Shown: piece by piece, positions 11,184-24,005 of the stretch | Position numbering within the stretch: the stretch's first letter is position 1 | Layout of the letters: each line of letters starts with the position of its first letter | From: Octopus vulgaris | Lineage: Eukaryota | Direction: 5' to 3' | Assembly (NCBI GenBank): GCA_951406725.2 | Contig: OX597817.1 | Coordinates: 42,966,001-43,030,000, forward strand | DNA: 64,000 bases | Made by a program: the position numbers and the translations under genes | Notes under the pieces: generated by a model | Databases searched by the model: none | Told to the model about the DNA's origin: nothing | The model's input: only the letters and a program-made list of their open reading frames with translations

Positions 11184-11437
11184 TAATAATAATAATAATA
11201 ATAATGATAATAATGAAATTATTGTATACAGTGCTCAGGTGCACCACAACTTGTCAAAAGTGCATATAAAGTATATGCAGTAATGTACAAATGTCTGGAA
11301 AGTGAACAGTGTATCAGTCCGATACATGCTTGCATGTGTATGGAGGGGAGAAAATCAGGTGTAGTGTTGGCGAATCTCAGGAAGCATGGAAGTTTTGAAG
11401 ACTGCAGTGCTCCGACAACTAACAACTGATGCCGGCA
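11152..11437 (-). mobile_element. CR1-type LINE 3' end with (TTA)n tail
   Basis: Nearly identical to 26597-26838. Confidence 0.85.
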
Positions 11438-12335
11438 TACCTTTCATCCTTTCAGGATCGATAAAAACTGAGGTTAATGTAATCAGCTTAACTCCTTCAA
11501 ATTGCTGACCTTGAATCAAAATTTGAACCCAGTATATTAGGTTAAAAAATTTTTGGTTGGAAAAAAAGCTAAAAACTACCAGCTACACACACACACAAAT
11601 ACACACATTTATACGTGTGTCTGTCTATGTTTGTGTATGTGAGTGTTACAAATATATTGATATTGTAAGTTCAAGAATTCTGAATTTGAATCCAAAGTGA
11701 GTTTTGGCTGTAAATGGTAAAGTTGTTCCAACAAATACTCTTGTATTTCGGAAGGATCATGCTGGCAATTAAAACACAGGCACCAAATGTATATCATTAC
11801 TGTTTTAATGTCAATTAATTAGATAGTTATTTAATTAATTAATGAGTCATTTGATTATACGCATGCATTCATGATGAAGCAAATCGTGCTAATTGGCACC
11901 AGTGCCAACATGCGTGACTGAATAAAAGTATAAAAATAACTGAATGATAAAGCATAAATTACCATAAAAAAAAAGAAAACAACTACAAATATATATATAT
12001 ATTATATATATATATATGGTAGCAACTCACCCAACCCCATTTTATCTGGTACTCAAATTACTGGAACTATCAAGCAAGCAGTACCCAGAAAAAAAAAAGA
12101 AAAAGCAATGCTCTGTTAATTTGTGCTAACTTGGGCTAATTAATGAACTATCATTAAAAAAATGTTTCTGCTGTATCTGAAATGACTTATTGCTTCTTCA
12201 AGTTCAGCAATGTATTCTAGTTTACTGCATTTACAGTACTTCTCTTACAGTACTTTGGTGAATAAATTTTGTTCTGAAGTTATACCTTTATTTCCTCCTA
12301 ATTCTGCTACATTCAGAATATCAATGATCATACTG

Positions 12336-12641
12336 TTGTTGTTTATTCCTTCTCGAGCCATGCCTGGCTCATAAGGGCCGGTTTCCCGGTTTCCTTAGCT
12401 TATAGGTTCCCCACCTGGACAGGACGCTGGTCCGTCGCAGGTGAGCTGCAAGATGCAGGAGGAAAGAGTGAGAGAAAGTTGTGGCGAAAGAGTCAGCAGA
12501 AGTTCGCCATTACCTTCTGCCGGAGCCACATGGAGCTTAAGTGTTTTGCTCATAAACACACTCATTGCCTGGTCTGAAATTTGAACCCATGATCCCACGA
12601 CCACGAGTCCGCTGCTCTAACCACTAGGCCATGTGCCTCCA
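12336..12641 (-). mobile_element. tRNA-derived SINE family C, full length with TSD
   Basis: TSD CAATGATCATACTG at 12322-12335 and 12642-12655. A/B-box-like head and a (CAA)n tail. Confidence 0.9.
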
Positions 12642-12660
12642 CAATGATCATACTGAGACA

Positions 12661-12910
12661 TATCTATCTATCCTCTTTGTGCCAGCTGGCGCATAAGGCC
12701 TTCATTCTCGTTTTCCATTTATTCCTCTGTTTTGTAAGTTTTTTTGCTGCACTCCATGATGACCATCCAGCTTGATTCCTTTCCTTTTCCACTGTCCTTC
12801 TCCATGTGGTTTTTGGTCTACCAACTTTTCTCTTCTCCTCAGGTTGCCAAATCAAGGTAACCATGCAACGATGATTCAGTTCCTTTCTCAATACATGCCC
12901 AATCCAAGGT
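12661..12910 (-). mobile_element. RTE-clade LINE C-terminal fragment (second family)
   Basis: Translates WIGHVLRK...WQPEEKRKVGRPKTTWRRTVEKE...RNKWK...ALCA, the typical RTE ORF end. Confidence 0.9.
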
Positions 12911-13521
12911 GGCAAGCTGGCAGAGAAATCTGAATGCTAATGGGTTAAAGGATGACTGGCAAAGTTATTAATAATAATGATTTCTAATTTTAACACAAGG
13001 CCAGAAATTATGGGGGAGGGGCAAGTTAATTATATCAACCCCAGTGCTTGACTGATACTTATTTTATTGACCCCCAAAAACAGAACTGGATAAACCCATT
13101 AAACAAAATAAGCATGTGCTCAGGGCATCAAGGGATGGGGGCACCACAGAAATGAAAATGGTGTACGGTACAAAAGAAATCACTTTAAACTCGCTAAAAT
13201 AATATTCGTAATGCCTTATCTCTACTAAATATAGGAGAAATTTTACATTAAATTAATTTTAATGATATCATCAAACACTTTGCAATTAAAAAAAAAAACA
13301 GAGAAAACTTTTCAAATATAAATAAAGTGGAAGTATACAAAAATAGACATTATTTTCTATCTTACTGTGAATTTTATTTCATTTTGAAAAATAAAAATTT
13401 ATTTTATGATTTATTATTGCTTACATTTTGAATTATTTTTGTTTACATTTTGAGCCATTTACATATACTTGAGGGTACTGAAACCTTTTTAGTGCTTAGG
13501 GCTTCTATGGGTCTTAATCTG

Positions 13522-13823
13522 TTTGTTCCTTCTTGAGCCATTCCTGGCTCATCAGGGCCAGTTTCCCGGTTTCCTTGGCGTATAGGTTCCCCACCTGGCC
13601 TGGAAGCCGGTCCGTCGCAGGTGAGCTGCAAGATGCAGGAGGAAAGAGTGAGAGAAAGTTGTGATGAAAGAGTCAGCAGAAGTTTGCCATTACCTTCTGC
13701 CGGAGCCACGTGGAGCTTAGGTGTTTCGCTCATAAACACATACATCACCCGGTCTGAGATTCGAACCTACAATCTCTCAACTGCGAATCTGCTGCTCTAA
13801 CCACTAGGCCATGTGCCCCCACA
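13522..13823 (-). mobile_element. SINE family C with TSD
   Basis: TSD GGTCTTAATCTG at 13510-13521 and 13824-13835. Confidence 0.9.
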
Positions 13824-13910
13824 GGTCTTAATCTGGCCCTGCAATAGGATGAAAGATGAAGTTGATCTTGGTAGAATTTGAACTATGAACGTAAAGGTAG
13901 AAGAAATATC

Positions 13911-14142
13911 TATTTCTTTACTACCCACAAGGGGCTAAACACAGAGAGGACAAACAGGGGCAGACAAACGGATTAAGTCGATTATATCAACCCCAGTGCA
14001 TAACTGGTACTTATTTAATCGACCCTGAAAGGATGAAAGGCAAAGTTGACCTCGGCGGAATTTGAACTCAGAACGTAACAGCAGACGAAATGCCACTAAG
14101 CATTTCGCCCAGCATGCTAACAACTCTGCCAGCTCACTGCCT
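13911..14142 (-). mobile_element. SINE family B (central GACTTTGCCTTTCATCCTTTCGGGGTCGA, MetaSINE-like)
   Basis: Matches 30601-30832, 39083-39311, 46113-46346 and 51970-52203. Confidence 0.85.
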
Positions 14143-14402
14143 TATTTGGGACTTTAATATTAATGACTAGCAGAATTGTTAGCATGCTGGGGAAAAAGCT
14201 TAGCGGTATTTCATCCATCTTTATGTTCATAGTTCAAATTCTACCAAGATCAATTTTGCCTTTCATCCTTTTGGGCAGAGCCGGTTTAAGAACTATAGAG
14301 GCCCTAAGCACTTAAAAGGTTTTGATGCCCTTAAGTATATGTAAATGGTTCAAAATTTAAACAAAAATTATTCAAAATAATTCAAAATGTAAACAATTCA
14401 TA

Positions 14403-14797
14403 AGCGCAGGAGTGGCTATGTGGTAAGTAGCTTGCTTACCAACCACATGGTTCTGGGTTCAGTCCCACTGCGTGGCACCTTGGGCAAGTGTCTTCTACCA
14501 TAGCCTCTGGCTGACCAAAGCCTTGTGAGTGGATTTGGTAGACGGAAACTGAAAGAAGGCCATCGTATATATGTATATGTATATGTGTGTGTGTGTTTGA
14601 GTGTCTGTGTTTGTTCCCCCAACCAACATCACTTGACAACCGATGCTGGTGTGTTTACGTCCCCGTAACTTAGTGGTTCGGCAAAAGAGACCGATAGAAT
14701 AAGTACTAGGCTTACAAAGAATAAGTCCCGGGATCGATTTGCTTGACTAAAGGCGGTGCTCCAGCATGGCCACAGTCAAATGACTGAAACAAGTAAA
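14403..14797 (+). mobile_element. SINE family A, full length
   Basis: Runs from GCGCAGGAGTGGCT to GAAACAAGTAAAA. Confidence 0.9.
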
Positions 14798-15059
14798 AAA
14801 AATTTTAAAAAAAGAATAATTAACCATAAAATAAATTTTTATTTTTCAAAATTAAATAAATAGTTCAAAGTTTAAATTCTGCTGAAATGACTTTGTCTTT
14901 TATCCTTTTGTAGTTTATAAAACAAGTACCAGTCACACACTGGGGTCAATATAATTGACTTATCCTTATCTCGAAATTGCTGACCTTGTGCCAAAATTTG
15001 AAACCAAATTTAACTCCCAAATAGACAATATCCTATGAATATCCATAAGGAAATATTCT

Positions 15060-15452
15060 TTTATTTGTTTCAGTCATTCTGACTGCAACCATGCTTGAGC
15101 ACCGCCTTTAGTCAAACAAATCAATCCCAGGATTTATTTGTTGTAAGCCTAATACTTATTCTATCAGTCTCGTTTACTGAACCACTAAGTCATGGGGGTG
15201 TAAACACACCAATATCATTTGTCAAGCGATTGTGGGAAGGGGAGCAAATAGAGACACAAAAACATATACATATAAACATATATATATAAACACACGACAG
15301 ACTTTCAGTTTCCATCTACCAAATCCACTCACAAGGTTTTGGTCAGCCCAAGGCTATAGTAGAAGACACTTGCCCAAAGAACCTCGCAGTGGGGCTGAAC
15401 CTGGAACCATGTGGTTGGTAAACAAGCTACTACCACACAGCCACTCCTGCAC
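15060..15452 (-). mobile_element. SINE family A
   Basis: Reverse-complement copy of the family. Confidence 0.85.
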
Positions 15453-15537
15453 CTATAATATGAATATTTCAAAATTATCACTTAATATTATGATATTAAT
15501 ATTAACTATTTCCTAAATTCTTTTTCTTTTTTATTAG

Positions 15538-15702
15538 ATATGATCCAGACATTTTACAACATGGCAAAAAACCCATTATTGATTTTAATCTTAGGACATA
15601 TAGGTCTGATTATATTCTCTGCATCTGGCACTTTACCCTTCATACCAAAATATTTTGAAACTCAATTTAAATGGACTTCATGGAAAACCAATATTGTCGT
15701 CA
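15538..15702 (+). CDS. SLCO: SLCO/OATP exon (TM7 region)
   Basis: Bounded by ttag and gtaagt. Translates MIQTFYNMAKNPLL...FIPKYFETQF. Phase 1-1, fits the previous exon. Confidence 0.93.
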
Positions 15703-16303
15703 GTAAGTTTTATTTCCAATTAAATTTCATGTTTTATCTTTTACTTGTTTCAGTCATTGGACAGCGGCCTTGCTGGGGCACTGCCTTAAAGTGTTTAATT
15801 GAACAAATTGACACCAGTACTTATTTGTTTTTTTTTGTATTTTGTTTCTTTTTTTTAAAGTCTGGTACTTATTCTGTTGGTCACTTTTGCTGAACTGCTA
15901 AGTTTCAGAGACATAAATAAACCAACTCTGGTTGTCACATGATGGTAGAGTACAAATAAGAAGGGCACACACACAAAGACATCTGCCTGATTGGCTCCCA
16001 TGCTGGTGGCACATAAAAAGCATCATCTGAATGTGGTCGATGCCAGTGCCCCCTGACTGGCTTCCAAGCTGGTGGTACATAAAAAGCACCATCCAAATGG
16101 GATCAATGCCAGGACTACCTGACTGGCTCCTGTACAAGTGAACATAAAAATCACCCACTACACTCTTGGAGCAGTTGGCATTAAGAAGGGCATCAAGCTA
16201 TAGAAACATTCCCAGATCAGATTGGAGCCTGGTGCAGCCACTGGCTTTCCAGACCTCAGTCAAACTGTCCAACTCATGCCAGCATGGAAAATGGACGTTA
16301 AAC

Positions 16304-16337
<34 letters not shown>

Positions 16338-16346
16338 TTGATGATA

Positions 16347-16574
16347 CAGGGTTGGCCGAAAGTCACCTGACAGTAAATCAAACCCTGTTTAATTCCAAGA
16401 TTTATTTATATTTAACAAATGAATAAATTTAATAAAAGTATCTAAATATGAAATATCATGAAAATTGTTCAAAACTGAAGTCCTTCTTCAGCGACACATT
16501 TTTCCATTCAAGTCAATACAGAATTACAGATAGTATTTGTGGAATTTTGATTACTGTCGGGTGACTTATGGCCA

Positions 16575-16580
<6 letters not shown>
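16347..16580. mobile_element. Tc1/mariner-type MITE
   Basis: Left end TA-CAGGGTTGGCCGAAAGTCACCTGACAGTAA, right end TTACTGTCGGGTGACTTATGGCCAATTCTG-TA. Confidence 0.8.
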
Positions 16581-16648
<68 letters not shown>

Positions 16649-16711
16649 TATATACATACGTACTTACATACATATACACACACACACACATACATACACA
16701 CACACACACAC

Positions 16712-16755
<44 letters not shown>

Positions 16756-17104
16756 CAGGCTTCACAGTCTCTCTCCACCAAATTCACTCACAGGGCATTG
16801 ATTGGCCTGGAGCTATAATAGAAGACACTAACACAAGGTGCTGCACAGTAGGAACCCAAAACCACATGTTTGCAAAGCAAGCTTCTTAACCACACACCCA
16901 TGTCTACTAGATATTTTTTATTTGCTTGTTCTTTTACTGGTTTCAGTCATTGGACTGCGGCCATGTTAGGGTACCACTTCAAAGATTTCACTCAATCATA
17001 TCAATCCCACTATCTATTTTACTCTGGTAATATATTTCATTGATTTATTGACTGGCTATATTATTATTTTGACACATAAACTAGTGTTTTCAAATGGTAC
17101 TACC

Positions 17105-17475
17105 TTTCTCTTTTACTCTTTTACTTGCTTCAGTCATTTTGACTGTGGCCATGCTGGAGCACCGCCTTTAGTCGAGCAAATCAACCCCAGGAATTATTCT
17201 TTGTAAGCCTAGTACTTATTCTATCAGTCTCTTTTGCTGAACCGCTAAGTTACAGGGACATAAAAACACCAGCATCGGTTGTCGAGCGATGTTGGGGGGA
17301 CAAACACAGGCACACAAGCATACACACATGCACACACATACATATATATATACATATATATGACGGGCTTCTTTCAGTTTCCATCTACCAAATCCACTCA
17401 CAAAGTTTTGGTCGGCGCGAGGCTATAGTAGAAGACACTTGCCCAAAGTGCCACGCAGTGGGAATGAACCCGGAA
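17105..17475 (-). mobile_element. SINE family A (5'-truncated)
   Basis: Reverse-complement copy of the family. Confidence 0.85.
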
Positions 17476-18054
17476 ATTGTTAAACATCATCAAAATAGAT
17501 GAGGAAATCAACCAAGATGTGTGAAATATAGCACACCCGATCCAAGTTTCTTTTCACATTAACTTCTGATATATTTGTAATCTAAAAAATCTGAAAAGTA
17601 TTTGTAGAAAATTTCCTCCAAAAACAATCAATTTTCTGAAAGTTATGAGGAAACAAAGTCAAGGTATGTAAATTATCTAAAATTCCCCTCCCTTCAAAAT
17701 TTGCAGCTTCTAAAACGTATTTGTAGAAAATTTCATTATAAAATATCTGTTTATTTACAAAGTTATGAAAAAACAAAGTCAGTGGGAGACACTTTTGTAG
17801 TTATAGTGAAATATAAACAGACATTAAAAATGCTTTCTTGCGGTGCAACAAGACAATTTCATAATGAATTAGAAGTAATGTTTCTAAGTGAATTGTGTAT
17901 ATGAAATTATTAATAATAAAATTTTGAGAATCATATTTTGATAAAAAGAATATTAAAATTATAATTTTCAGAATTTTCTTGGCAATATAGACTTTGATAA
18001 TTGCTTTCTTGCAGTAAAAATGACATACTTCTAACTAACAATAAGCCGCTTTCA

Positions 18055-18167
18055 TGTGTGTGTGTGTGTGTGTGTGGAGAGAGAGAGAGAGAGAGAGTGA
18101 GAGAGAGAGAGAGAGGGAGAGAGGGAGAGAGAGAGAGAAACGCGTAGGCAGGCAGGCAAGCAGGCAG

Positions 18168-18230
<63 letters not shown>

Positions 18231-18242
18231 TTGATAGATAGG

Positions 18243-18324
<82 letters not shown>

Positions 18325-18349
18325 AATAGATAGATAGATAGATAGATAG
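18055..18349. repeat. Compound microsatellite (TG)n(AG)n(GGCA)n(TA)n(AG)n(GATA)n
   Basis: Read directly from the sequence. Confidence 0.97.
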
Positions 18350-19020
18350 TTTTAATGTGGAATGAATCTTTGGGGATATATTCCAAGTTCTCATAAAAAC
18401 TATCATTACCATACCTGCAGTTTCTGACTTCATTAGATGTTATCTGGTACAATTTAATCTCACAGTTTTGTTGGTTAATCACTTCGTCATCTTCTAGTAG
18501 TGGACTTAGTAGAATCTCATGAGGTTATCCACCATCTTTCCCTCAACAAATTTGGCCACCTTTTTGAATTCAGTATCTCTACCACACATAGACAAGCACT
18601 TATAAAATAATAAAAAAAACAGTTTTGCAGCAGCAGCACCCATGACCTTCAAAAACATTTTTTTTTTCTCTTATGGCACACAGAATTGTCAAATCATGGG
18701 ATAAACTATCCATGCCGGTTATTAGTTGTCAGGACGCTGCAGCCTTCAAAAATTCTGTTCCCAAAATTTACCAACACTACTCCTGACGTTTCTATGCATC
18801 CATTCCTCTTTACGACTATCTTAATGTCCATTTTTCTATCTTTTTGTGTTTTATTCAGTGTATTGTGTAAATACTTCTAGCTTCTATTGCTGACTTTCTT
18901 TACTTTATTTATATGTCAGCTCTCTATTCTGCCTTTCAACCTTTTCTGATGTGATACAGAACACTTGAGCACTGTATACAATAAGCATGTTATTATTCTT
19001 ATTTGCCTTTGCACAGCTTC

Positions 19021-19051
<31 letters not shown>

Positions 19052-19310
19052 GTTATTGTTGTTGTTGTTGTTGTTATTATTATTATATGTTTGACTTTGG
19101 CTTTACATTTGTACGAGTTGGCTCCAAGTTTCACCCAGAGACCTCAAGAGACAACAAGTTGGAAGTTCATGTTGGTATTATGCCTAGGGTGCCATATATT
19201 TGGTTTTGTACTTAGTGTTGTACTAGTGAATGTTTAAGAAACCATAAGAAAATTGTTTGTTTTAAAACTTGAGATTACATAGAAATTATTATTATTATTA
19301 TTATTATTAC

Positions 19311-19344
<34 letters not shown>

Positions 19345-19789
19345 AAAACAAAACTGTAACCCAACCTTAACCAGAGGAGAGAACAGGAATAATGGAGTTA
19401 TACATTTGACTTCTGTGATTAACCACAAAGCTGATATGTACCCAATTTTTCCATGTCTTCCTCCATTTTGGTGAAGAGATTGTTAGTTTTACATTCCAAG
19501 ATGTTCATGAACTGTAATATACTAGTAGAATAGTGGTCGTATTTGTTTACACTTATTTGTTTGCACTCCTACTAATGACATTCTTCTAATCTTATTCATA
19601 ACAATGTTCATTGAATACAAGCAGACGATCCATCAGCACATAATAACATTTGATTACCGGAAAATAATGATAAGATTTGATTGGTTGGAAATAAGGTTCT
19701 GTTAAAATCAAAAAGACAGTCTGCTGTCTTATTGTTAATGTAATATAAACACATACAGTGGTAGAATCTTAAGTATATGTCTAATACAT

Positions 19790-20012
19790 ACTCTCTCTTT
19801 TACTCTCTCTTTTACTTGTTTCAGTCATTTGACTGTGGCCATGCTGGAGCACCGCCTTTAGCGAAGCAAATCGACCCCAGGACTTATTCTTTATAAGCCT
19901 AGTACTTATTCTATCAGTCTCTTTTGCCAAACCGCTAAGTTACGGGGGATGTAAACAGACCAACATCAATTGTCAAGCGATGTTGGGGGGACAAGCATAG
20001 ACACACAAACAT

Positions 20013-20066
<54 letters not shown>

Positions 20067-20104
20067 CGGTTGTCAAGCGATGTTGGGGGACAAACACAGA
20101 CACG

Positions 20105-20149
<45 letters not shown>

Positions 20150-20311
20150 GATGGGCTTCTTCCAGTTTCCGTCTACCAAATCCACTCACAAGGCTTTGGT
20201 CGGCCCGAGGCTATAGTAGAAGACACTTGCCCAAGGTGCCATGCAAAGGGACTGAACCTGGAACCATGTGGTTCGTAAGCAAGCTACTTAGCACACAGCC
20301 ACTCCTACGCC
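19790..20311 (-). mobile_element. SINE family A with an internal duplication
   Basis: TTGTCAAGCGATGTTGGGGGAC occurs twice, near 19970 and 20069. Confidence 0.85.
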
Positions 20312-20615
20312 TATTTATTTTTAAATATTGAACTTATATATAGTTACATTTATATAATGCTAAAAATAATTCAAACATGGAGAACTTGTGGAAACTATTC
20401 TTATACTTGCTCAAAGTGCTACATAAAAATACTAATATTTTTGGTTTTTAAGTTTGAACTCAAAGTAAATAAAGCTATAAATAATAGCATGTAAATATTG
20501 AGTAAAAAAAACCCTTTGGTTAGGAAAATTCAAAGGTTGCCCAAGGCTTTTAAGCCAATATTTATATGCTGTTACTAATAGCTTTATCTACTTCAGATAG
20601 TTCAACCATTAGATA

Positions 20616-21288
20616 ACTTTCTTTATTGGCCACACAGGGCTGAACACAGAGGGGACAAATACAAATGTAGAGCTTTTCTTTTTGAAAATGAAAAAGAAAA
20701 AAGAAAAAAAGAACAAAAGTAAAATTCCGATCAAAAGGGATTGGAAAAAAAATGTTGATCAAAATGGCTCGTGTATCACAGAAGAAATTTTTTTAAAAGT
20801 AAGAAGCAAGATTAGGTTTATCCACGGAAAGAAAAGCCTACAGAAAAGACCACTGTAACCTCAGGCAGGGAGGAAATAAACACATGAGAGCAGAGTGCTC
20901 TCTCTCTCTTTTTATGATTTACAGGATCATGCTCAAAGTGGTTTCGTCACTCGCACGCACCATCTTTGCTACATTCACCCACCTTTTTTTGAAACTTTCA
21001 CGAGACAAAACCTGCCTCTCCATTCTCACCTTCCTTTTCAAGTGGTACTTGCAAAAGTTGATGAGCGATTGGCCAGAGAGGTAAGTGTTTGTCTCTAGTC
21101 CTTTTGCTCGAGTCCACCACACACATTCTTTCAGCATGGCCACCAATACGATGACGACTGCCTTGCCTTCCTGGTTGAGGGAAGGTGGTAGAGCAACTGA
21201 CAAAATAGACTCGGCCGACAGGCGGACTCGTCCCACACACGACAGCAGCCGTTCAGCATAAGCCCACAGGTCCAAAATGGTTGGACAC
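20616..21288 (-). mobile_element. 5'-truncated Tx1/L1-clade LINE with an 18-bp TSD
   Basis: ORF end LWAYAERLL...KECVWWTR...FKKRW. TSD TAGTTCAACCATTAGATA at 20598-20615 and 21289-21306. Confidence 0.8.
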
Positions 21289-21476
21289 TAGTTCAACCAT
21301 TAGATAGATAGTTTAACCATAGATAGATAGCTTAACCATTAGATAGATAGTTTAACCATAGATAGATAGTTCAACCATTAGATAGATAGTTTAACCATAG
21401 ATAGATAGTTCAACCATTAGATAGATAGTTTAACCATAGATAGATAGTTTAACCATTAGATAGATAGTTCAACCAG
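21289..21476. repeat. 19/20-bp minisatellite AGTT(C/T)AACCAT(T)AGATAGAT, about 10 copies
   Basis: Read directly; two variants mostly alternate. Confidence 0.95.
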
Positions 21477-21574
21477 TAAAAATGAATTATTTCTCATTCT
21501 CTCATAGTTTCTTATGATGTAAACTAATTCTTATGATGTAAACTAATATTTTTATATTTCTTATCCCTCAAAAG

Positions 21575-21779
21575 GTACCACATTTGTCTTGATGTCTTCC
21601 ATTGGAATGATTGTTGGTGGTGTTATCACGAGCTTCTACAAAATGGATCTCAGAAAATGCTTGAAGTTTTCCATGGTTTTAGTAACCTTTGATCTTTTCT
21701 TAGTCTGGATACCAATTTTTATACATTGCCCTCAAACAGAATTGGAAGTTACAGACTTCCTGCAACGCTATGCAGACAG
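21575..21779 (+). CDS. SLCO: SLCO/OATP exon (TM8-TM9)
   Basis: Bounded by aaag and gtaata. Translates TTFVLMSSIGMIVGGVITSFYKM...IFIHCPQ. Phase 1-2. Confidence 0.9.
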
Positions 21780-22030
21780 GTAATATGGTAATATTGATTT
21801 GATTGCTGACTGCTATGTGTGAATCAGTATTAGAAGCCAGTTATAGTATTGTTCTTTGTCTATGTTATTTGTTACACTCACTGGATGATTGCAGCCGTGC
21901 CAGGGTTGTTCCTTCAAAAGGTTTAGTTAATTATATTTATCACAAGACTTTGTTTGGAATTATATTACTGGTCTAAATAAGAACAGTAAAGTATTTTTGT
22001 TGGACATACTATCCTATATTGATGTAGATA

Positions 22031-22207
22031 GGCGCAGGAGTGGCTGTGTGGTAAGTAGCTTGCTTACCAACCACATGGTTCCAGCTTCAGTCCCACTGCG
22101 TGGCACCTTGGGCAAGTGTCTTCTACTATAGCCTCAGGCTGACCAAAGCCTTGTGAGTGGATTTGGTGGACGGAAACTGAAAGAAGCCCGTCGTATATAT
22201 GTATATG

Positions 22208-22259
<52 letters not shown>

Positions 22260-22457
22260 TGTCTGTGTTTGTCATCCCAACATCTCTTGACAACCAATGC
22301 TGGTGTGTTTACGTTCCCGTAACTTAGCGGTTCGGCAAAAGAGACCGATAGAATAAGTACTAGGCTTACAAGGAATAAGTCCTCAGGTTGATTTGCTCGA
22401 CTGAAGGCAGTGCTCCAGCATGGTCACAGTCAAATGACTGAAACAAGTAAAAGAGTA
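22031..22457 (+). mobile_element. SINE family A, full length
   Basis: Runs from GGCGCAGGAGTGGCTGTGTGGTAAG to AAGTAAAAGAGTA. Confidence 0.9.
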
Positions 22458-22638
22458 TATACAGGTGCAGCTATGGCTGTCTGGTAAGAAGCTTGCTTCC
22501 TAACCATATGATCACGGCTTCAGTCCCATTGTGCTGCACTTTGGGCAAGTATTTTCTGTTCTTGTTCTGGGCCATCCTAAGTCTTGTGAGTAGATTTGGT
22601 AAAACTTAAGTAGTCCATCAGCAGCAGCAGCAGCATCA

Positions 22639-23025
22639 GGAGGCGCAATGGCTCAGTGGTTAGGGCAGCGGACTTGTGGTCGGAGGATCACGGTTTCGAT
22701 TCCCAAACCGGGCATTGTGTGTGTTTATTGAGTGAAAACACCTAAAGCTCCATGAGGCTCCGGCAGGGAGTGGTGGCGACCCCTGTTGTACTCTTTCGCC
22801 CTAACTTTCTCTCACTCTTTCTTCCTGTTTCTTGTCCCCGACTTCCACTGCAACTGCTGAGCCTGGATGCGCATTCATCCATCCATTGATGCTCTCGGTG
22901 TCGGGGTTTGACCTGCTTTCTCTTCTGCGGGTCTTATGAATAGCAAAGGATCATGTTTCGGACTTCTCCCATCTTGCAAGCTCTGGGACGAAGACCGCTT
23001 CGCTCAACAGCAACAGCAGCAGTAG
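22639..23025 (+). mobile_element. tRNA-derived SINE (head C, third tail type) inside a (CAG)n tract
   Basis: Head GGAGGCGCAATGGCTCAGTGGTTAG...GGTTTCGATTCCC. Confidence 0.75.
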
Positions 23026-23383
23026 CATCTCCACTATCAGCATCATAACTATCATCAGTATCATCATCATTTATCATCCGTTTTCAATGCTGGGTTGGCT
23101 GGTTTGACAGGAAATGACAAGTCAGAAGACTGCACCAACTTTGGCATGGTTTCCATGGCTGGTTGCCTTTTCCATGTCAAATACTTTACAAAGTGTACTG
23201 GGTACTTTTCACATGGCACCAGCAGCAGTGAAGTCATTGAGTAACTTGCAAGTTAAGCTCCCTAACTGAGAGGAGGAGTGGTATTGGGGGACAGAAAAAG
23301 GTGTCTTGCAGCAGAGGAGAAACACGGCTACCTTGTGTGAAGTGTGAGTGGTGAGAGATACATAGATAGATGAATAGATTGAC

Positions 23384-23436
<53 letters not shown>

Positions 23437-23442
23437 GGCGGC

Positions 23443-23501
<59 letters not shown>

Positions 23502-24005
23502 ATGATAGAATGATAGATAGATAGAGGGATAGATAGATAGACAGGGAAAGAGAGGGGGGAGAGGGTGATGAAGATATGACATTGGGGATATAAACCCAAC
23601 TTATAGAGGGGTGTATGCCATCATTATCATCATCATCATCATCATCATCATCAGTACTATTTATGTGAATTGGATTTTTCTTCAATCACAAGCATTAAAT
23701 AAAAGAGAGAGAGAGAGAGAGAGTAAGAGAGAGATAATGAAATGAAGGTCTGTTTAACTGAAATAGGTGCAAATATAAAAAATTTTTCCCTCAAAACAGC
23801 AAGCTCATCTTTCACAAAGAATAAAGAAATAATAATAATTACCTGACTGCAATTTATAGGCCAAAATACATAAATCCAATTTTGAATATATATTTTTTCT
23901 TATTTTCTAACTTCTCTAAAGTACACTGTAAGTAAAAATATGTTTGGGAGTGACTGTCCTTTATAATGACCTGTGACAAGTTTGAGTTATTATTTGTGTT
24001 ATCTA

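Noticed and set aside
16513-18482. YIYI/THTH/LSIY-type ORFs (also elsewhere in the window)
   Set aside because: They are translations of microsatellites.
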